From: Syntrophales bacterium
Lineage (GTDB): Bacteria; Desulfobacterota; Syntrophia; Syntrophales; UBA2210
Length of the DNA stretch: 64,000 nt
Assembly: GCA_963666365.2 (NCBI GenBank)
Contig: CAXXNF010000001.1
Location: 1,088,001 to 1,152,000 of the forward strand
Direction of reading: 5' to 3'
Part shown: positions 63,505 through 64,000 of the stretch, piece after piece
How the letters are laid out: the number at the start of each line of letters is the position of its first letter
Numbering within the stretch: position 1 is the stretch's first letter
Notes under the pieces: model-generated
Database searches by the model: none
Seen by the model: the letters and a program-made list of their open reading frames with translations, nothing else
Told to the model about the DNA's origin: nothing
Translations under genes and position numbers: made by a program

Positions 63505-64000
63505 ATGCTTCCAGCTTTAAGAGGTGAAGAAATTGCCGCTCAGGTTCTGAATGCATCGGGCGGTGGCGGTGCATCCATAAAGAAATATTTTAAACTGGAT
63601 ACTGTCAAATTTTCATGGGTGGATGATTACCTTCGGGACGAAGCCTTAAGGAAGAAAATCCAAGGGTTAAACGACAAAATCAACGAAATGCACAATTCGC
63701 CTATGCATAAAGATGAACTTCGGGCGCTGTTTGAATCTACCATTGACCAAATCAATAACGAACGCCGTTTGTGGTTCGAGGAAAAGCTCAAGGCCGTGCA
63801 GAATAGAAAAGGTAGAATGATATACAGTGACATGTTGATTTACAATGCAAGCCTGTATATTTCTCCCATTGGCCTTTCAAAAGGAGATATTGACCAAATA
63901 TTTGCCAACATTCCTGAAGGCGTCAAACAGGCAGACATTACGACCGCCATCGGAAGAATGCAGGAAGAGGTTGCGGAAATAGAGGCTGTTATTGAAAAAG
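63505..64000 (+). CDS. Hypothetical coiled-coil-rich protein, truncated by window end
   Basis: AGGAGG SD, ATG 63505 (MLPALRGEEIAAQ...), frame open to the edge. Confidence 0.75.
   Translation, partial: MLPALRGEEIAAQVLNASGGGGASIKKYFKLDTVKFSWVDDYLRDEALRKKIQGLNDKINEMHNSPMHKDELRALFESTIDQINNERRLWFEEKLKAVQNRKGRMIYSDMLIYNASLYISPIGLSKGDIDQIFANIPEGVKQADITTAIGRMQEEVAEIEAVIEK

Larger units (their letters stand above)
57421..64000 (+). mobile_element. Mu-type transposable element / prophage or satellite, left part
   Basis: Starts TG at 57421 where the sequence turns AT-rich; repeated TAAGTGGGAAC boxes; repressor-ner-MuA-MuB gene order. Confidence 0.8.

Overview
Bacterial genomic DNA, probably an anaerobic Desulfobacterota/Syntrophales-like organism (inferred from the sigma54 regulators, a CCG Fe-S protein and many acyl-CoA enzymes). 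1-19 kb: mixed metabolic and envelope genes, including an unusual metallophosphoesterase-nucleotidyltransferase fusion directly upstream of a PilZ protein. 19-42.7 kb: a sigma54-controlled acyl-CoA catabolic island. It holds a TPR-GAF-AAA activator, two near-identical sigma54 promoter/UAS modules, 3 crotonases, an orphan motif-altered glycyl-radical activase, 2 CoA ligases, 4 carboxyltransferases without biotin subunits and an IVD-like dehydrogenase with a winged-helix tail. Its ABC substrate-binding gene is split by a nested insertion: an IS200 element whose right-end hairpin is immediately followed by an internally deleted class C-like group II intron with no obvious branch-point A. 43-57 kb: efflux pump, giant CoA-activase, TetR, MscS, YgiQ. 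From about 57421 to the window end lies the left part of an AT-rich Mu-type transposable element (repressor, Ner, MuA, MuB, Mor-like). It continues not with typical Mu early genes but with a C4/CI-like antisense RNA-leader-terminator module and a protein made of scaffold-tail-like repeats, so it is a candidate transposable phage satellite. All calls come from reading motifs by eye; no database searches were run.
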